Notes: a model not told the origin generated them from the sequence alone. A stretch of 64,000 nucleotides of DNA from Flavobacteriaceae bacterium (GCA_029265595.1 JAJUIC010000002.1:3521-67520); one strand, 5' to 3'; positions 49,540 to 60,117 are shown, numbered from the stretch's first letter. Numbers and translations: made by a program.

Positions 49540-49860
49540 ATGACAAAGAACCTTAATGATTGGATCATGAGTCATGAGATTCCTAGAATTAACAGAAAGA
49601 CTCGGTTTTAAAAAAGAGGAGATTTACTTCCCTCCTCGTTATGGCTCCTCCCACGGTAATTAAATACTTGAAAGTGTGACTAAAGAACTGTTCGAGCACA
49701 ACATTAATCACAGCAGCATTACTTGAACGAAGAAATTATCCACTCAAAGTGAAACCGCTATAAAAGATAAACTGGATCTTTATCCAGAGACTCAATTGCA
49801 CAGATCCATGACTGGCTAAAGGAGTATCATACGGATTCTCCAGAGGTGCCGTCTTGAACA
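49540..49860 (+). pseudogene. istA: IS21 transposase (IstA) N-terminal fragment, frameshifted
   Basis: MTKNLNDWIMSHEI..., ETAIKDKLDLYPET / IAQIHDWLKEYHTDSPEVPS*. Confidence 0.65.
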
Positions 49861-50165
49861 GGCCCAGTCTGTAGGTGGGGAACCTTGCCAAGGAATGAAT
49901 GTTAATTGATGTCGTTAATACCGGCTATAAAGCCTACTTCTTGACCACTGAAGAGCTTCTCAAGATATTAAAGACCACTCCAACCTGATCAAGGAGTTAC
50001 ATGACTGAACATCACTGATTATTACGTGCAGAAGATCCTTCACAGTAATGGACAGATGTTCTCAAGGACAAAGTCTCCTTAATCACAACATTACTTGAAA
50101 GAAATTTGCATCGGTGGGTGATCATCAACTTCAATGGAAAAATCACCTTATAGAAAAAACCTCAT
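49861..50165 (+). pseudogene. istB: IS21 helper ATPase (IstB) fragments
   Basis: DVVNTGYKAYFLTTEELLKILK, LHD*TSLIIT, WTDVLKDKV.LITTLLERNLHRWVIINFNGK in shifting frames. Confidence 0.7.
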
Positions 50166-50287
50166 TAGGAATTAACGGAAAACAACCAAACTTAGCCTCG
50201 AGTTGAGCATCCTTATTTTCCGATTCCTAGCACCTTTATTTGCCGAAAAACCGTGAATTGTTTTCCCTGCGTTCAAATATGTGTACA

Positions 50288-51229
50288 TTAATTCTCTGGC
50301 GGAAACCACGACACCTGAATACCCCAATTTAATTCATTAGTTGTCCCTACATCGAGGCTAGTTGTTACGTATCCTGAAATTTCAAAATTATTTGGTTCTG
50401 GGTTGACAGGTGGAACTGGATTATATGTAGCTAGCAGGAGCGTATAATGTCCCAGGATTCCATCTTCTATAACATCTCTTTGATGAGATCCGTCTGGAGC
50501 AAACCATCTCCCTACCCCTCCCAGTGTCACGTTCACCATCAATCTACGTGGAGTATTCACATCATTTTTCCATGTGCAGCGCCAAAAAGAACAAGATTCA
50601 TAATCTTTTCGTGACCGTAAGAACATTTTACTCGATAAAGTATTATCATTAAAGTAAATCGTCTCGTTAAACAATTCGACAATTAATCTTCTTTCCCCAA
50701 ATACTTTGGAATAGGATTTCCATTTATTTGCATTGTCAATTGTACGTGCCATAGATATCAAATTAGGACTAATACTATTCCTTAAATAACCTACAGCACG
50801 TTTTTTCCTTTCTGTAGAAGAATTATTAACTTCCTCCACAGGCATCATATAAAATATATCACCTTCAAGCTTTAAGGTCTCTCCATTAATTTTCACCTCC
50901 CCTTCTGAATTGAGAAGTGACATTAGAGCATCGGAATAAAGTACACCGATACTATCAGCAATAGCAAGAATACTGTCCGATTTTTTTAATAGAGAGCTAT
51001 GATTAATTCCACTGCTCCAACTATTAAATTCTTTTTGTGTAATTAGTTCTGAAAGCTTTTCGTATTCCTCCAAAAAGGCGCCGGTATTTTCAAAAGAAAG
51101 AATAGAGTTTCCTTCGGAATCTTTAACCACCTCAAACAGATTTTCCTCTGAAGTAATTTTGTTCGGTGCATCATCTACCTCACAAGACAGTAGTAAACAA
51201 GCAATTAGATAAAGTAGTAATTTTCTCAT
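50288..51229 (-). CDS. AT-rich orphan lipoprotein (possibly DUF4848-like N-terminal region)
   Basis: Lipobox LLS-C from ATG 51229; LSFEN..F...Y..L...F..W...SLLN.EGEVKING pattern; visibly AT-richer than neighbours. Confidence 0.7.
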   Translation of the reverse strand: MRKLLLYLIACLLLSCEVDDAPNKITSEENLFEVVKDSEGNSILSFENTGAFLEEYEKLSELITQKEFNSWSSGINHSSLLKKSDSILAIADSIGVLYSDALMSLLNSEGEVKINGETLKLEGDIFYMMPVEEVNNSSTERKKRAVGYLRNSISPNLISMARTIDNANKWKSYSKVFGERRLIVELFNETIYFNDNTLSSKMFLRSRKDYESCSFWRCTWKNDVNTPRRLMVNVTLGGVGRWFAPDGSHQRDVIEDGILGHYTLLLATYNPVPPVNPEPNNFEISGYVTTSLDVGTTNELNWGIQVSWFPPEN

Positions 51230-51520
51230 AATAAGTCGGTTTTCACCAAACATAAGGAATTAAACTACTATAACCTATAAAATAGAATTTTTAACCAAAA
51301 AATATACTGAATTTTGGGAAGTCACACTTGAATAAATTAATGACAGGCACAACTGTTTGTTGTTAGCCTCAACTATATCACTTTTTGTCCTTTCATGTTA
51401 GTTTAATCAATCATGTTGTTAACGGAAGATTTATCAAGAAAATATCTTTTATAACTTGATTCAGCGAAAAAAAAAATACTACTTAAAACTATATTTATGT
51501 TTTTGCTTATCTCCCTCTTT

Positions 51521-52435
51521 TCAGAAAGAATCCGGATCCAGGTAATCCGGTGTTCCATCATTATTGGAGTCCGGGAATTCAAGTGTACCGTCCTCGTGGA
51601 TTATAATTTCCTCACGAGTAGGATACCTATCTCCATCATCATCCGGATCTAGAAAATTAGGAGTTCCATCTCCATCAGTATCATCATCATAAAGATCACC
51701 ATTATCATTTAAATCCTCCATCCAGGAGGGAATGCCGTCGCCGTCATGATCGGCCTCATTGACACCCAACAGTTTGAAGGTAAAAACCAAAGGACTATAA
51801 GCTGGGATCAACCCGGGTCCCTCTGAGAAGTATGCAATCCCTGAAGGAAGAAACACGGCTCCTATACCATAGTCATCATTCCAGGATACGCTGTTATCTG
51901 GATTTATTTCATAACCCGTTGATCCTCCAAATTCTGTCATGACAGATTGGTACCCAGGAATGGATACATCCTTATTACCGTAAAACCTGTATAGGTTTAA
52001 CCAAATTGGCACCACGGAACTATCGAACATTTCCCTGTTCAACAACTCTCCTCTATATGTAAAATAAATATCATCGGAAAATTTGGGTCTTTCGCCCTCT
52101 CCTTCCCGAATAGTTAGTATATACAATTTGTAATCGACCTCCTCAAAGGTAAAGGTCTTAGTAGTTACAAACTCTGACAGGGGCGTTTTGTCTGCATTGC
52201 TTCCGGCAATGGTGTCTATGACTATATTATAATTGAAACCTTCAACAGGATCTTCAAAATCTTCGTAATTGTAAAAGTGGGTATCCAAATATTCTGCTAA
52301 AGCTTTTTGATCTTCCTCCTCAACTTCATTGCGATCTCTATCGGGAATCGGCTCCGGCTGGTCATCATCATTTTTACATGAAATAGCTGTCACAGCTAGC
52401 AGCATGCCGGTTAGAAAAAATCTGCTCAATCTCAT
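51521..52435 (-). CDS. FKBP-type peptidyl-prolyl isomerase lipoprotein with C-terminal DxDxDG (TSP3-like) repeats
   Basis: Lipobox AIS-C; YRGELL..FDSS, FLPSGIAY, IPAYSPLVF; DHDGDG, DTDGDGTPNFLDPDDDGD, NDGTPDYLDP. Confidence 0.88.
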   Translation of the reverse strand: MRLSRFFLTGMLLAVTAISCKNDDDQPEPIPDRDRNEVEEEDQKALAEYLDTHFYNYEDFEDPVEGFNYNIVIDTIAGSNADKTPLSEFVTTKTFTFEEVDYKLYILTIREGEGERPKFSDDIYFTYRGELLNREMFDSSVVPIWLNLYRFYGNKDVSIPGYQSVMTEFGGSTGYEINPDNSVSWNDDYGIGAVFLPSGIAYFSEGPGLIPAYSPLVFTFKLLGVNEADHDGDGIPSWMEDLNDNGDLYDDDTDGDGTPNFLDPDDDGDRYPTREEIIIHEDGTLEFPDSNNDGTPDYLDPDSF

Positions 52436-52515
52436 CTATACTCTGTTTTTGAGCGGGCAAGATACAATATTCTTGTATTTTTGCTTAGAGATGAACTGAA
52501 GAATTAAATGCAGTT

Positions 52516-52911
52516 ATGAGAATCGATAAGTTCCTGTGGAGTGTGCGTTACTTCAAAACCAGAAGCATTGCAACCGAAGCCTGTAGGCAGGGAAAAGTGA
52601 AGATCGGCGGAGCTAAGGTAAAACCTTCAAAGGAAGTTTTTCCCGGAGATCAGCTCGTGGTACGGAAGAATCAGGTTGATTACCAACTTGAGATCATGGA
52701 CCTGCCTCCGAGCCGTGTCGGCGCCAAACTGGTGAACCAGTACGTGGCAGATAAAACACCCAAAGAGGAATTCGAAAAGCAGGAGCTTTTAAAGTATTCT
52801 CAGGACTACTATAGAAAGAAAGGAACAGGTCGACCTACTAAAAAAGACCGCAGAGATATTGAGGATTGGCTTGAGGGTGATCATGACGATGAACTTCCCA
52901 AGGAAAGCTGA
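52516..52911 (+). CDS. hslR: Ribosome-associated heat shock protein Hsp15 (S4 domain)
   Basis: MRIDKFLW..R.FKTRS.A, GRPTKKDRR. Confidence 0.9.
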   Translation: MRIDKFLWSVRYFKTRSIATEACRQGKVKIGGAKVKPSKEVFPGDQLVVRKNQVDYQLEIMDLPPSRVGAKLVNQYVADKTPKEEFEKQELLKYSQDYYRKKGTGRPTKKDRRDIEDWLEGDHDDELPKES

Positions 52912-52972
52912 ATAACAACAAAAGAAGATATAAATTAGCTCCCACCATTATCCTTATAAAAAACCATCGCAA

Positions 52973-53476
52973 ATGGATAAACCCGCGACTATAATTCTGA
53001 ACCAGACCCAAATCAACCACCGGATAAGACGCATTGCCTACCAGATCTACGAAAGCAATGTGAACGAATCTGAGATTATTCTGGCTGGGATCCTAAAAAA
53101 CGGATTCGAGCTGGCACAAAGACTGAAGGAGGAACTTCAAAAGATCAGTGATCTTAGGATCACGCTTTGCAAAGTAAAAATAAATAAAAAGAGACCTTTA
53201 GATCCTATCGAGACCAGTATACCTTCTAAGGAGTATGAAGGAAAATCTCTGGTCCTGGTGGACGACGTCCTACATTCGGGAACCACACTCATTTATGGTG
53301 TTCGACATTTTCTTGGGGTACCCCTAAAGCAGATCAAGACAGCCGTACTGGTCAACAGAAGTCATAAAAAATATCCGGTAAAAGCTGATTTCAAGGGCAT
53401 ATCCCTCTCTACCTCCCTCAACGAAAGAGTCAAGGTTCGGTTCTCAGAGACTGGAGATAGCGCGATGCTCGTGTAA
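52973..53476 (+). CDS. Phosphoribosyltransferase family protein (PyrR-like)
   Basis: RRIAYQIYE, LVLVDDVLHSGTT, H..YPVKADF.G. Confidence 0.88.
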   Translation: MDKPATIILNQTQINHRIRRIAYQIYESNVNESEIILAGILKNGFELAQRLKEELQKISDLRITLCKVKINKKRPLDPIETSIPSKEYEGKSLVLVDDVLHSGTTLIYGVRHFLGVPLKQIKTAVLVNRSHKKYPVKADFKGISLSTSLNERVKVRFSETGDSAMLV

Positions 53477-53989
53477 AAGATCTTTGACCTGATCGATTAT
53501 TTCTTCCACATCCTTTTCATTTACCTCCACCACAAGATCGCTCTGATTGTAGTAAAACTGCCGCTCAAAAAGATGCTTCCTTAAAAAGTCCTCTAGAAGC
53601 TCCTGAGAGTCCAAATGTGCGATAAGAGGCCGGAACTCCCTTTCCTCCCACAACCGCCCTAAAAGGGTCTTTAAAGAGGCTTTGAGGTAGATGGACCGCG
53701 CGTCGTTGGTATGCTTTATCACTTCCATGCTATTCCCGTAGCAGGGGGTCCCTCCCCCAAGAGATAGGACATAGGACTCGTCTCTTTCCAACAGTTCAGT
53801 TAACACCTGCATTTCGATCTTACGGAAGCCTATCTCCCCTTTTTCTTTAAAAATAGAGGGTATGTCCAGGCCCTCCCTGGCAACTATTTCCTGGTCCAGA
53901 TCGTAAAATGGAAGGTCAAGTTCTTCAGAAAGTCCCTTTCCAACAACCGATTTACCAGATCCCATATATCCAATAAGAATTATTTTCAT
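53444..53989 (-). CDS. aroK: Shikimate kinase
   Basis: GYMGSGKS, DLD, GE..FR..E, LGGGTPC, RPL. Confidence 0.94.
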   Translation of the reverse strand: MKIILIGYMGSGKSVVGKGLSEELDLPFYDLDQEIVAREGLDIPSIFKEKGEIGFRKIEMQVLTELLERDESYVLSLGGGTPCYGNSMEVIKHTNDARSIYLKASLKTLLGRLWEEREFRPLIAHLDSQELLEDFLRKHLFERQFYYNQSDLVVEVNEKDVEEIIDQVKDLLHEHRAISSL

Positions 53990-54083
53990 ACCTTAAAGCT
54001 GTGGTTATTACGGCGTTAGACCGTGATTTTAAATATGAGACAAATTTATGCCTTTTTGTTCTTGAAAAATAAACTAAAGCCTT

Positions 54084-54091
54084 TATATTTG
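54084..54091 (+). promoter_or_regulatory. Sigma70 -7 element of the tRNA operon
   Basis: TATATTTG with TTG about 20 nt upstream (54062-54064). Confidence 0.75.
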
Positions 54092-54121
54092 CACCCGCAT
54101 TGGTGAAACCGCAACAAGGCC

Positions 54122-54194
54122 GACCTGGTAGCTCAGCCGGTAGAGCATCTCCCTTTTAAGGAGAGGGTCCTGGGTTCGAATCCCAGCCAGGTCA
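54122..54194 (+). tRNA. tRNA-Lys(UUU)
   Basis: Acceptor GACCTGG/CCAGGTC, anticodon stem TCTCC-CTTTTAA-GGAGA, TTCGAATC T-loop; CCA not encoded. Confidence 0.97.
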
Positions 54195-54269
54195 CTGCTT
54201 CTGAATGAAATTCCTACTAAACCTAGGTTTTTTTATTACAGACTATTGCACGTTCTTTATTTCAGGTTA

Positions 54270-54342
54270 GACCTGGTAGCTCAGCCGGTAGAGCATCTCC
54301 CTTTTAAGGAGAGGGTCCTGGGTTCGAATCCCAGCCAGGTCA
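54270..54342 (+). tRNA. tRNA-Lys(UUU), identical second copy
   Basis: Same 73-nt sequence as 54122-54194. Confidence 0.97.
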
Positions 54343-54357
54343 CTTCATCATTATCAA

Positions 54358-54441
54358 GCCCAGGTGCTGGAATTGGTAGACAGGCATGGTTGAGGGCCAT
54401 GTGTCCATTAGGGCGTGCGGGTTCAAGTCCCGCTCTGGGCA
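54358..54441 (+). tRNA. tRNA-Leu(GAG)
   Basis: Acceptor GCCCAGG/TCTGGGC, anticodon CATGG-TTGAGGG-CCATG, long variable arm, TTCAAGTC. Confidence 0.95.
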
Positions 54442-54703
54442 CTACTTCGCAAAATAGAGCTTTCTTTCGCTCTAACTCCTTTTAAAAAAATTGCTTTTCC
54501 GAACACACTTTTCAGGAGCCAATTGTTAAAATTGCTCAGGCTTTGGTGGTATACTTTCGCGTTAAAACTTTAGGATTTGATTCAGAAGCATTGGACATCT
54601 TACTTAAATTACTGTTAATCAGCTGAAAGCCCCTACACTAGATTTGATTTTCCCTTACTTTTATTCTCGTTCTCAACCTAAAATAAAAATCAAATCTTTA
54701 GCT

Positions 54704-55132
54704 ATGAAATTCCAACTTTACTCACAACTTCTTCGTTTGGATTATTCCAATGATCATCTGCTGCAGATGTATTATGTACTTTATTATGAACTCCCACCAG
54801 AAGAGAAGCAGTTGGCTAAAAACATCCAGAAACTGATAGAAACCCGAGAGAAGATCAAGCAAGAGCTCCGCAGTTATATCCATCACATCAAGACTGCTGA
54901 GAACGCTTCTGCTCTGGAAAAGAGAATTGCGGACTTTTTACCGGTCTATCTGAAACTCGAGCATCTTACAAGGAACACCTTTAGCGACTCCAACTGGGAA
55001 CAGTGCTACAAGAAAGAGCGTCAAAACCTTAAACTATATTACGAAACCCTGTACAATCAGGATCTGACATCAAGTACCGCACATTTTCTGCAACAGCAAA
55101 TGGAGCAGCTCCGGGCTGTACCCACAGAATAG
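54704..55132 (+). CDS. Hypothetical all-helical protein (possibly a remote DUF2383-like bundle)
   Basis: ATG 54704 after an A-rich leader; C-terminal C..KE...L..Y..L...L......L..Q pattern. Confidence 0.6.
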   Translation: MKFQLYSQLLRLDYSNDHLLQMYYVLYYELPPEEKQLAKNIQKLIETREKIKQELRSYIHHIKTAENASALEKRIADFLPVYLKLEHLTRNTFSDSNWEQCYKKERQNLKLYYETLYNQDLTSSTAHFLQQQMEQLRAVPTE

Positions 55133-55159
55133 GATCATTACTGGAATCTCACTAAGCTC

Positions 55160-55197
55160 AAAAAAAAACTCCGGCCTGAAAAGCCGGAGTTCTTTTT
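55160..55197. terminator. Bidirectional intrinsic terminator
   Basis: A-run, AACTCCGGC...GCCGGAGTT, T-run. Confidence 0.85.
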
Positions 55198-55230
55198 ACA
55201 TAGATTTTCTAATCTCAAATCCTAGGCACA

Positions 55231-57498
55231 TTAAGCCGCGTTCTGCTTCTTAATGAGATTCAACGCAGAACCTGCTTTGAACCATTCGATCTGCGGCTGA
55301 TTATAGGTATGAGCTGCTTTTATGATATCCTTGGTCCCATCCGCATGTTCTACCTCAATGGTAAGCGGTTGATCTGGCGCAAAGTTCTCAAGATCGATGA
55401 AGTTAAAGGTATCGTCTTCCTGGATCAGGTCGTAATCTGCTTCATTGATAAAGGTTAGCGCAAGCATTCCTTGCTTCTTGAGATTGGTTTCATGGATCCG
55501 GGCAAAGGATTTTACCAGAACCACTTTTACTCCAAGGTGACGAGGCTCCATAGCCGCATGCTCCCTGGAAGATCCTTCTCCATAGTTATGGTCTCCCACG
55601 ACAATAGTAGGAATCCCAGCAGCCTTGTATTTACGCTGAGTGGCCGGAACACCATCGTATTCCCCAGTGATCTGGTTCTTCACGAAATTGGTCTTCATGT
55701 TAAAAGCATTGACCGCTCCGATCAGACAGTTGTTGGAAATATTGTCAAGATGTCCTCTAAATCGCAACCATGGGCCTGCCATAGAGATGTGGTCTGTGGT
55801 ACATTTTCCGTGTGCTTTGATAAGTAGCTTGGCGCCCATTAGGTTCTTTCCATCCCATGGCTCAAAAGGCTCCAGTAATTGCAAGCGCTCAGAATTCGGG
55901 CTCACTTTCACCTCAACGCTTTCTCCGTCCTCTCTTGGAGCCACATATCCGGGATCTTCCACATCAAATCCCTTAGGAGGCAACTCCATGCCGGTGGGCT
56001 CTTCCAAAAGCACATATTCCCCATCCTCGTTAAGGAGCTTATCTGTAGTCGGATCAAAATCCAATCTTCCTGAAATTGCGATGGCTGCAACCATTTCAGG
56101 AGATCCTACAAAAGCATGCGTGTTGGGGTTTCCATCCGCCCGCTTGGAGAAGTTTCGGTTGAAGGAGTGAACGATCGTGTTCTTCTCTTCACCCTTTCGG
56201 TCACTTCGATCCCATTGGCCAATACAAGGACCACATGCATTGGTAAAGATCGTGGCGTCCAGATCTTCAAAGATCTGAAGCAATCCGTCACGCTCAGCCG
56301 TATATCGGATCGTTTCAGAACCTGGGTTGATTCCGAAATCGGATTTGGGCTTAATTTTCTTTTCTACCGCCTGTTTAGCAATAGAGGCTGCCCGGGTAAG
56401 GTCTTCATAAGAAGAGTTCGTACAAGAACCGATCAATCCCCAATCCACATCTATCGGCCATCCGTTCTCTCTAGCCTTCACTCCAAGCTCTCCAACAGGA
56501 GTTGCAAGGTCTGGCGTGAAAGGACCATTTAAGTGGGGTTTAAGCTCTGACAGATTGATTTCTATCACCTGATCAAAATACTGCTCTGGATTTTCGTAAA
56601 CCTCAGGATCAGCAGTAAGATATTCTCGCACTTCATTAGCAGCATCGGCTACATCTTCTCTATTGGTTGCCCGTAGATAGCGTTCCATGGAGTCATCGTA
56701 TCCGAAAGTGGAAGTGGTTGCTCCAATTTCAGCACCCATATTACAGATGGTACCTTTACCGGTACACGACATAGACTTGGCTCCTTCTCCAAAATACTCC
56801 ACAATAGCACCAGTACCTCCCTTAACGGTCAGAATACCTGCTACTTTCAAGATCACGTCCTTTGGAGCGGTCCATCCGCTTAGTTTTCCGGTTAGTTTTA
56901 CTCCGATCAACTTAGGGAATTTGAGCTCCCAAGGCATACCCGCCATTACATCAACGGCATCAGCACCTCCTACTCCTACAGCGACCATACCCAAACCTCC
57001 GGCGTTCACCGTATGGGAATCCGTTCCGATCATCATTCCTCCTGGGAAGGCATAATTCTCCAGCACTACCTGGTGAATGATTCCGGCACCCGGCTTCCAG
57101 AAACCGATTCCGTATTTATTGGAAACAGATTCCAGAAAATCAAAAACTTCATCGCTGGATTTCTTGGCACTGGCAAGATCCAGATCAGCCCCTAATTTAG
57201 CCTGAATAAGGTGATCACAGTGTACAGTAGTAGGAACTGCAACCTTTTTCTTTCCGGCCTGCATAAACTGGAGCAGCGCCATCTGGGCCGTTGCATCCTG
57301 ACATGCAATTCTGTCGGGGGCAAATTCAACATAATCTTTTCCGCGGGTATAGGCCTGCTCCGCTTTTCCATCCCATAAGTGAGAATAAAGGATCTTTTCA
57401 GAAAGTGTCAGAGGTTTACCAACTACCTTTCGAGCAGTATCTACCCGCTCCGCTAGTTGATCATACACCTTCTTGATCATTTCAATATCATATGCCAT
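55231..57498 (-). CDS. acnA: Aconitate hydratase (mitochondrial-type, Bacteroidota)
   Basis: [46 protein letters not shown]. Confidence 0.96.
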   Translation of the reverse strand: MAYDIEMIKKVYDQLAERVDTARKVVGKPLTLSEKILYSHLWDGKAEQAYTRGKDYVEFAPDRIACQDATAQMALLQFMQAGKKKVAVPTTVHCDHLIQAKLGADLDLASAKKSSDEVFDFLESVSNKYGIGFWKPGAGIIHQVVLENYAFPGGMMIGTDSHTVNAGGLGMVAVGVGGADAVDVMAGMPWELKFPKLIGVKLTGKLSGWTAPKDVILKVAGILTVKGGTGAIVEYFGEGAKSMSCTGKGTICNMGAEIGATTSTFGYDDSMERYLRATNREDVADAANEVREYLTADPEVYENPEQYFDQVIEINLSELKPHLNGPFTPDLATPVGELGVKARENGWPIDVDWGLIGSCTNSSYEDLTRAASIAKQAVEKKIKPKSDFGINPGSETIRYTAERDGLLQIFEDLDATIFTNACGPCIGQWDRSDRKGEEKNTIVHSFNRNFSKRADGNPNTHAFVGSPEMVAAIAISGRLDFDPTTDKLLNEDGEYVLLEEPTGMELPPKGFDVEDPGYVAPREDGESVEVKVSPNSERLQLLEPFEPWDGKNLMGAKLLIKAHGKCTTDHISMAGPWLRFRGHLDNISNNCLIGAVNAFNMKTNFVKNQITGEYDGVPATQRKYKAAGIPTIVVGDHNYGEGSSREHAAMEPRHLGVKVVLVKSFARIHETNLKKQGMLALTFINEADYDLIQEDDTFNFIDLENFAPDQPLTIEVEHADGTKDIIKAAHTYNQPQIEWFKAGSALNLIKKQNAA

Positions 57499-57727
57499 AT
57501 TCGAATGTTTGATAATAGTTCAAAAGTCCGGCAAATTTAACGCTTTTGAAGCGTAATAAAAAATAGAGAGTAATAACTGAAAAGCTTTGCATAAAACACA
57601 GCTTTAACAGTAAAAAATCAGCACAAAATTACCTGCTTGATAAGATTTTCTCCTGAGAATTTCATTTCTGCAATCTCGGCAACTTTTAATGCCAAATACT
57701 TCGAGGGAATCTCCTAAAAGAAAACAC

Positions 57728-57763
57728 AAAAGGAGGAGTCCACGGCATCTGACTCCTCCTTTT
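57728..57763. terminator. Intrinsic terminator after the SurA-like gene
   Basis: AAAAGGAGGAGTC...GACTCCTCCTTTT. Confidence 0.85.
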
Positions 57764-57836
57764 CTTATATCTATTTTTAACCGCTTTGCGGCCTCTTAAA
57801 GCTCACAGGTGATGCTTCGAAGTTTAAACCAGCTGT

Positions 57837-59294
57837 CTACAATTTTAACCAGTTGCTCGAATAATCACAGTCCCGGTACTGGCCGTTCACCTTGACATAG
57901 GTTTCCTGAATTTTTTCTTCTTGCCATTTTTCAATTGCCTTCAGCTGCTTCTCCTGCAGTGCCAGGTTCATGATCTTGTCATAGTCGCGTGCAAAATCCG
58001 CCACATGCTCCTCAGTCCGCTGGGTCACCGTGATGATCTTATAGAAAGGTCGTCCCGTATTATCAGTTTCAGCTAAAACTCTTGATACTTCACCTTCCTT
58101 CAGGTTAACAACCTGGGTGTAAAGGCCTGGATCAATTTTAGTAAGTTCAAAACCTCTATCACCTGTGGTGGGATTCAAGAGCTGTCCTCCATTTCTTTTG
58201 GTTTCCTCCTCGTCCGAAAACTCTCGAGCCGCCTCGGCGAACTCCAACTCACCATCTTCAATTCGCTGCCGGATCAACTGAGCTTTATCAAAGGCCTCCT
58301 GTTTGGTTTTCTCCGTAACATCCGGCATCAGTAGAATATGTCGCACATCCACTTGCTGACCGCGAATGGCCTCTACCTGAAGAATGTGAAATCCGAAGGC
58401 TGTCTCAAAAGGTTCACTTACTTCACCTTCCTGATGACTAAAAGCGGCTTCTTTAAATTCTCTCACATAAGGATCTTTTCGAGAAAGCGTGATCTTTCCT
58501 CCGGAGGATCTGGAAGCCTGATCCTGAGAATATAATACGGCCTTAGTTGCGAAACTTGCGCCGTTCTCCACCACGTCTGCCCTGAATTCATTTAAGCGAT
58601 CGATCAATTTCTGCCGCTCCTCTTCCGGTACTTCCGGTTTTATAATAATTTGCGCTAGTTGCACTTCATCTCCGAACATAGGACGCTCATCCTCTGGAAT
58701 GTTCACGAAAAACTCTCTTACCTCCTCAGGGGTGATCTCCACATTCTCTACGATAGATTCCTGCATGAGTGCAGCTAGTTGACGTTCCCGCAGAATTCCA
58801 TACAACTCCGCCCGCAATTCTTCGGCGCTTTCTTTCTTGTAGAATTCAACCACCCGGTCTATGGACCCCAGTTGCTGGGTCATATAAGCCAACTGCTGGT
58901 CGATCTGGCCATTTATCTGAGCCTCAGGCACAATCAAACTATCCTGAATGGCATGATGAGCATACAGCTTCTCCTCCATTAATCGGCCAGCCAAATTACA
59001 GTTGGTGATATTCTCCAGGGAGACACCCTGACTTTGCATCTCTAATAGCATCTTATCAATATCGCTGTCGAGCACTACAAAATCACCGATAACCGCAGCC
59101 ACCCCGTCCACTTTCATTCTATTGGATTCTCTTTTTTCGGGAGCAGCCATTGCCAATTGATTTTCTGGCTGAATCGCCGTACTGTCTGTAATGATTAGTT
59201 CCTGAGCCTGTAATGAACCAGCCATGAGGAAGGTTACTACAGCCACTTTAATGGACGTTCTGATATATTTCAAATTCCTGATTTTTAATTGCAT
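57837..59294 (-). CDS. surA: SurA-like peptidyl-prolyl isomerase (two parvulin domains)
   Basis: DGVAAVIG...VLDSD, FATKAVLYSQD, PFETAFGFHI, VRHIL, FAEAAREFS.E. Confidence 0.88.
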   Translation of the reverse strand: MQLKIRNLKYIRTSIKVAVVTFLMAGSLQAQELIITDSTAIQPENQLAMAAPEKRESNRMKVDGVAAVIGDFVVLDSDIDKMLLEMQSQGVSLENITNCNLAGRLMEEKLYAHHAIQDSLIVPEAQINGQIDQQLAYMTQQLGSIDRVVEFYKKESAEELRAELYGILRERQLAALMQESIVENVEITPEEVREFFVNIPEDERPMFGDEVQLAQIIIKPEVPEEERQKLIDRLNEFRADVVENGASFATKAVLYSQDQASRSSGGKITLSRKDPYVREFKEAAFSHQEGEVSEPFETAFGFHILQVEAIRGQQVDVRHILLMPDVTEKTKQEAFDKAQLIRQRIEDGELEFAEAAREFSDEEETKRNGGQLLNPTTGDRGFELTKIDPGLYTQVVNLKEGEVSRVLAETDNTGRPFYKIITVTQRTEEHVADFARDYDKIMNLALQEKQLKAIEKWQEEKIQETYVKVNGQYRDCDYSSNWLKL

Positions 59295-60117
59295 CTTGGG
59301 TAATGTCTTTTTCCAGTTTCCTGATTAGTTCTAGTTTCTGCCTGTTAAGTAGAATTTGCTGTATCGTAGGCAAAGAATATTCCAAAGGTGCCTGTTCTCT
59401 CCTGAGTTTAACATCCTCAACTGCCACCAAATATACTCCTAAAGAATCTGTGATTTCAAAAAAATTGTCTTTTTTCAACAGCTCCTCGTTATTCTGTGGC
59501 GTCAAAGGCTGAACCTTTTCATACACTTCCCTTGTTTTCACCCAGACCGAATCATTCAGCGAATAGGACTTGAACTGGAGCGCCATATCCATCAAGGCCT
59601 GTTTGTCTTCCTGGTTAAAACGTTGAAAATGTTCCTTAATTTTCTCATAGTCCGAATTTCCGGGCGACAAACTTACATATCGCAGTTTCACCAGGTCTTC
59701 ATTTAGAACGAAATTCTCTCCTTTTTCTTCATAATATTGGACCAACTTATCATATGGTATCACCGTATCCAGTTCCCGTGCAATTATTTCATCAGTATAA
59801 GCCGTTGAATACAATTCATTCTCATAGATACGAACCAACTCCTGTAGTTCCTCCTGCCGCTGGGTCGAAAGATTAATTTTGGCCCTGTCCACTAATAATT
59901 GCCTGGTGGCCCACCGGTTGATATAACTATTGACGATCTGACTGCTATCGGCTGAAGAAGTATTGGCGGGAACAAGGTCCTGAATGTCCTCCTGATATAA
60001 ATAGGTATTGTTCACCCTGGCCACTACTTCAGAATCCGGCCTTTGGGATAAAAAGTCACAACTGACCCCCAAAGGCACCAGGAGCACGACCAGCATTATT
60101 CGCAATAAATTTCTCAA
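59248..60117 (-). CDS. PPIase-associated lipoprotein (SurA operon partner)
   Basis: Lipobox GVS-C, VARVNN.YLY, INRWA, APLEY..PTI..ILLN; TTG start. Confidence 0.8.
   Translation of the reverse strand: MRNLLRIMLVVLLVPLGVSCDFLSQRPDSEVVARVNNTYLYQEDIQDLVPANTSSADSSQIVNSYINRWATRQLLVDRAKINLSTQRQEELQELVRIYENELYSTAYTDEIIARELDTVIPYDKLVQYYEEKGENFVLNEDLVKLRYVSLSPGNSDYEKIKEHFQRFNQEDKQALMDMALQFKSYSLNDSVWVKTREVYEKVQPLTPQNNEELLKKDNFFEITDSLGVYLVAVEDVKLRREQAPLEYSLPTIQQILLNRQKLELIRKLEKDITQDAIKNQEFEIYQNVH

Larger units (their letters stand above)
49437..50287 (+). mobile_element. Degenerate, internally deleted IS21-family element (ends approximate)
   Basis: Broken istA-like and istB-like peptides in order; CCGAAAAAC at 49470-78 and 50243-51. 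Confidence 0.7.

Noticed and set aside
54122-54342. Exact 73-nt direct repeat that could suggest attL/attR or a CRISPR-like repeat
   Set aside because: Both copies are complete tRNA-Lys genes 148 nt apart, with no integrase, cargo or cas genes: an ordinary tandem tRNA pair.
54246-54485. 79-aa ORF in the track
   Set aside because: It overlaps tRNA-Lys and tRNA-Leu; not a protein gene.
57508-57524. TTTGA-TAATAGT-TCAAA palindrome / partial Fur-box likeness in the acnA leader
   Set aside because: Only 5-bp arms in AT-rich DNA and a 6-nt match to the Fur consensus; not distinguishable from chance.
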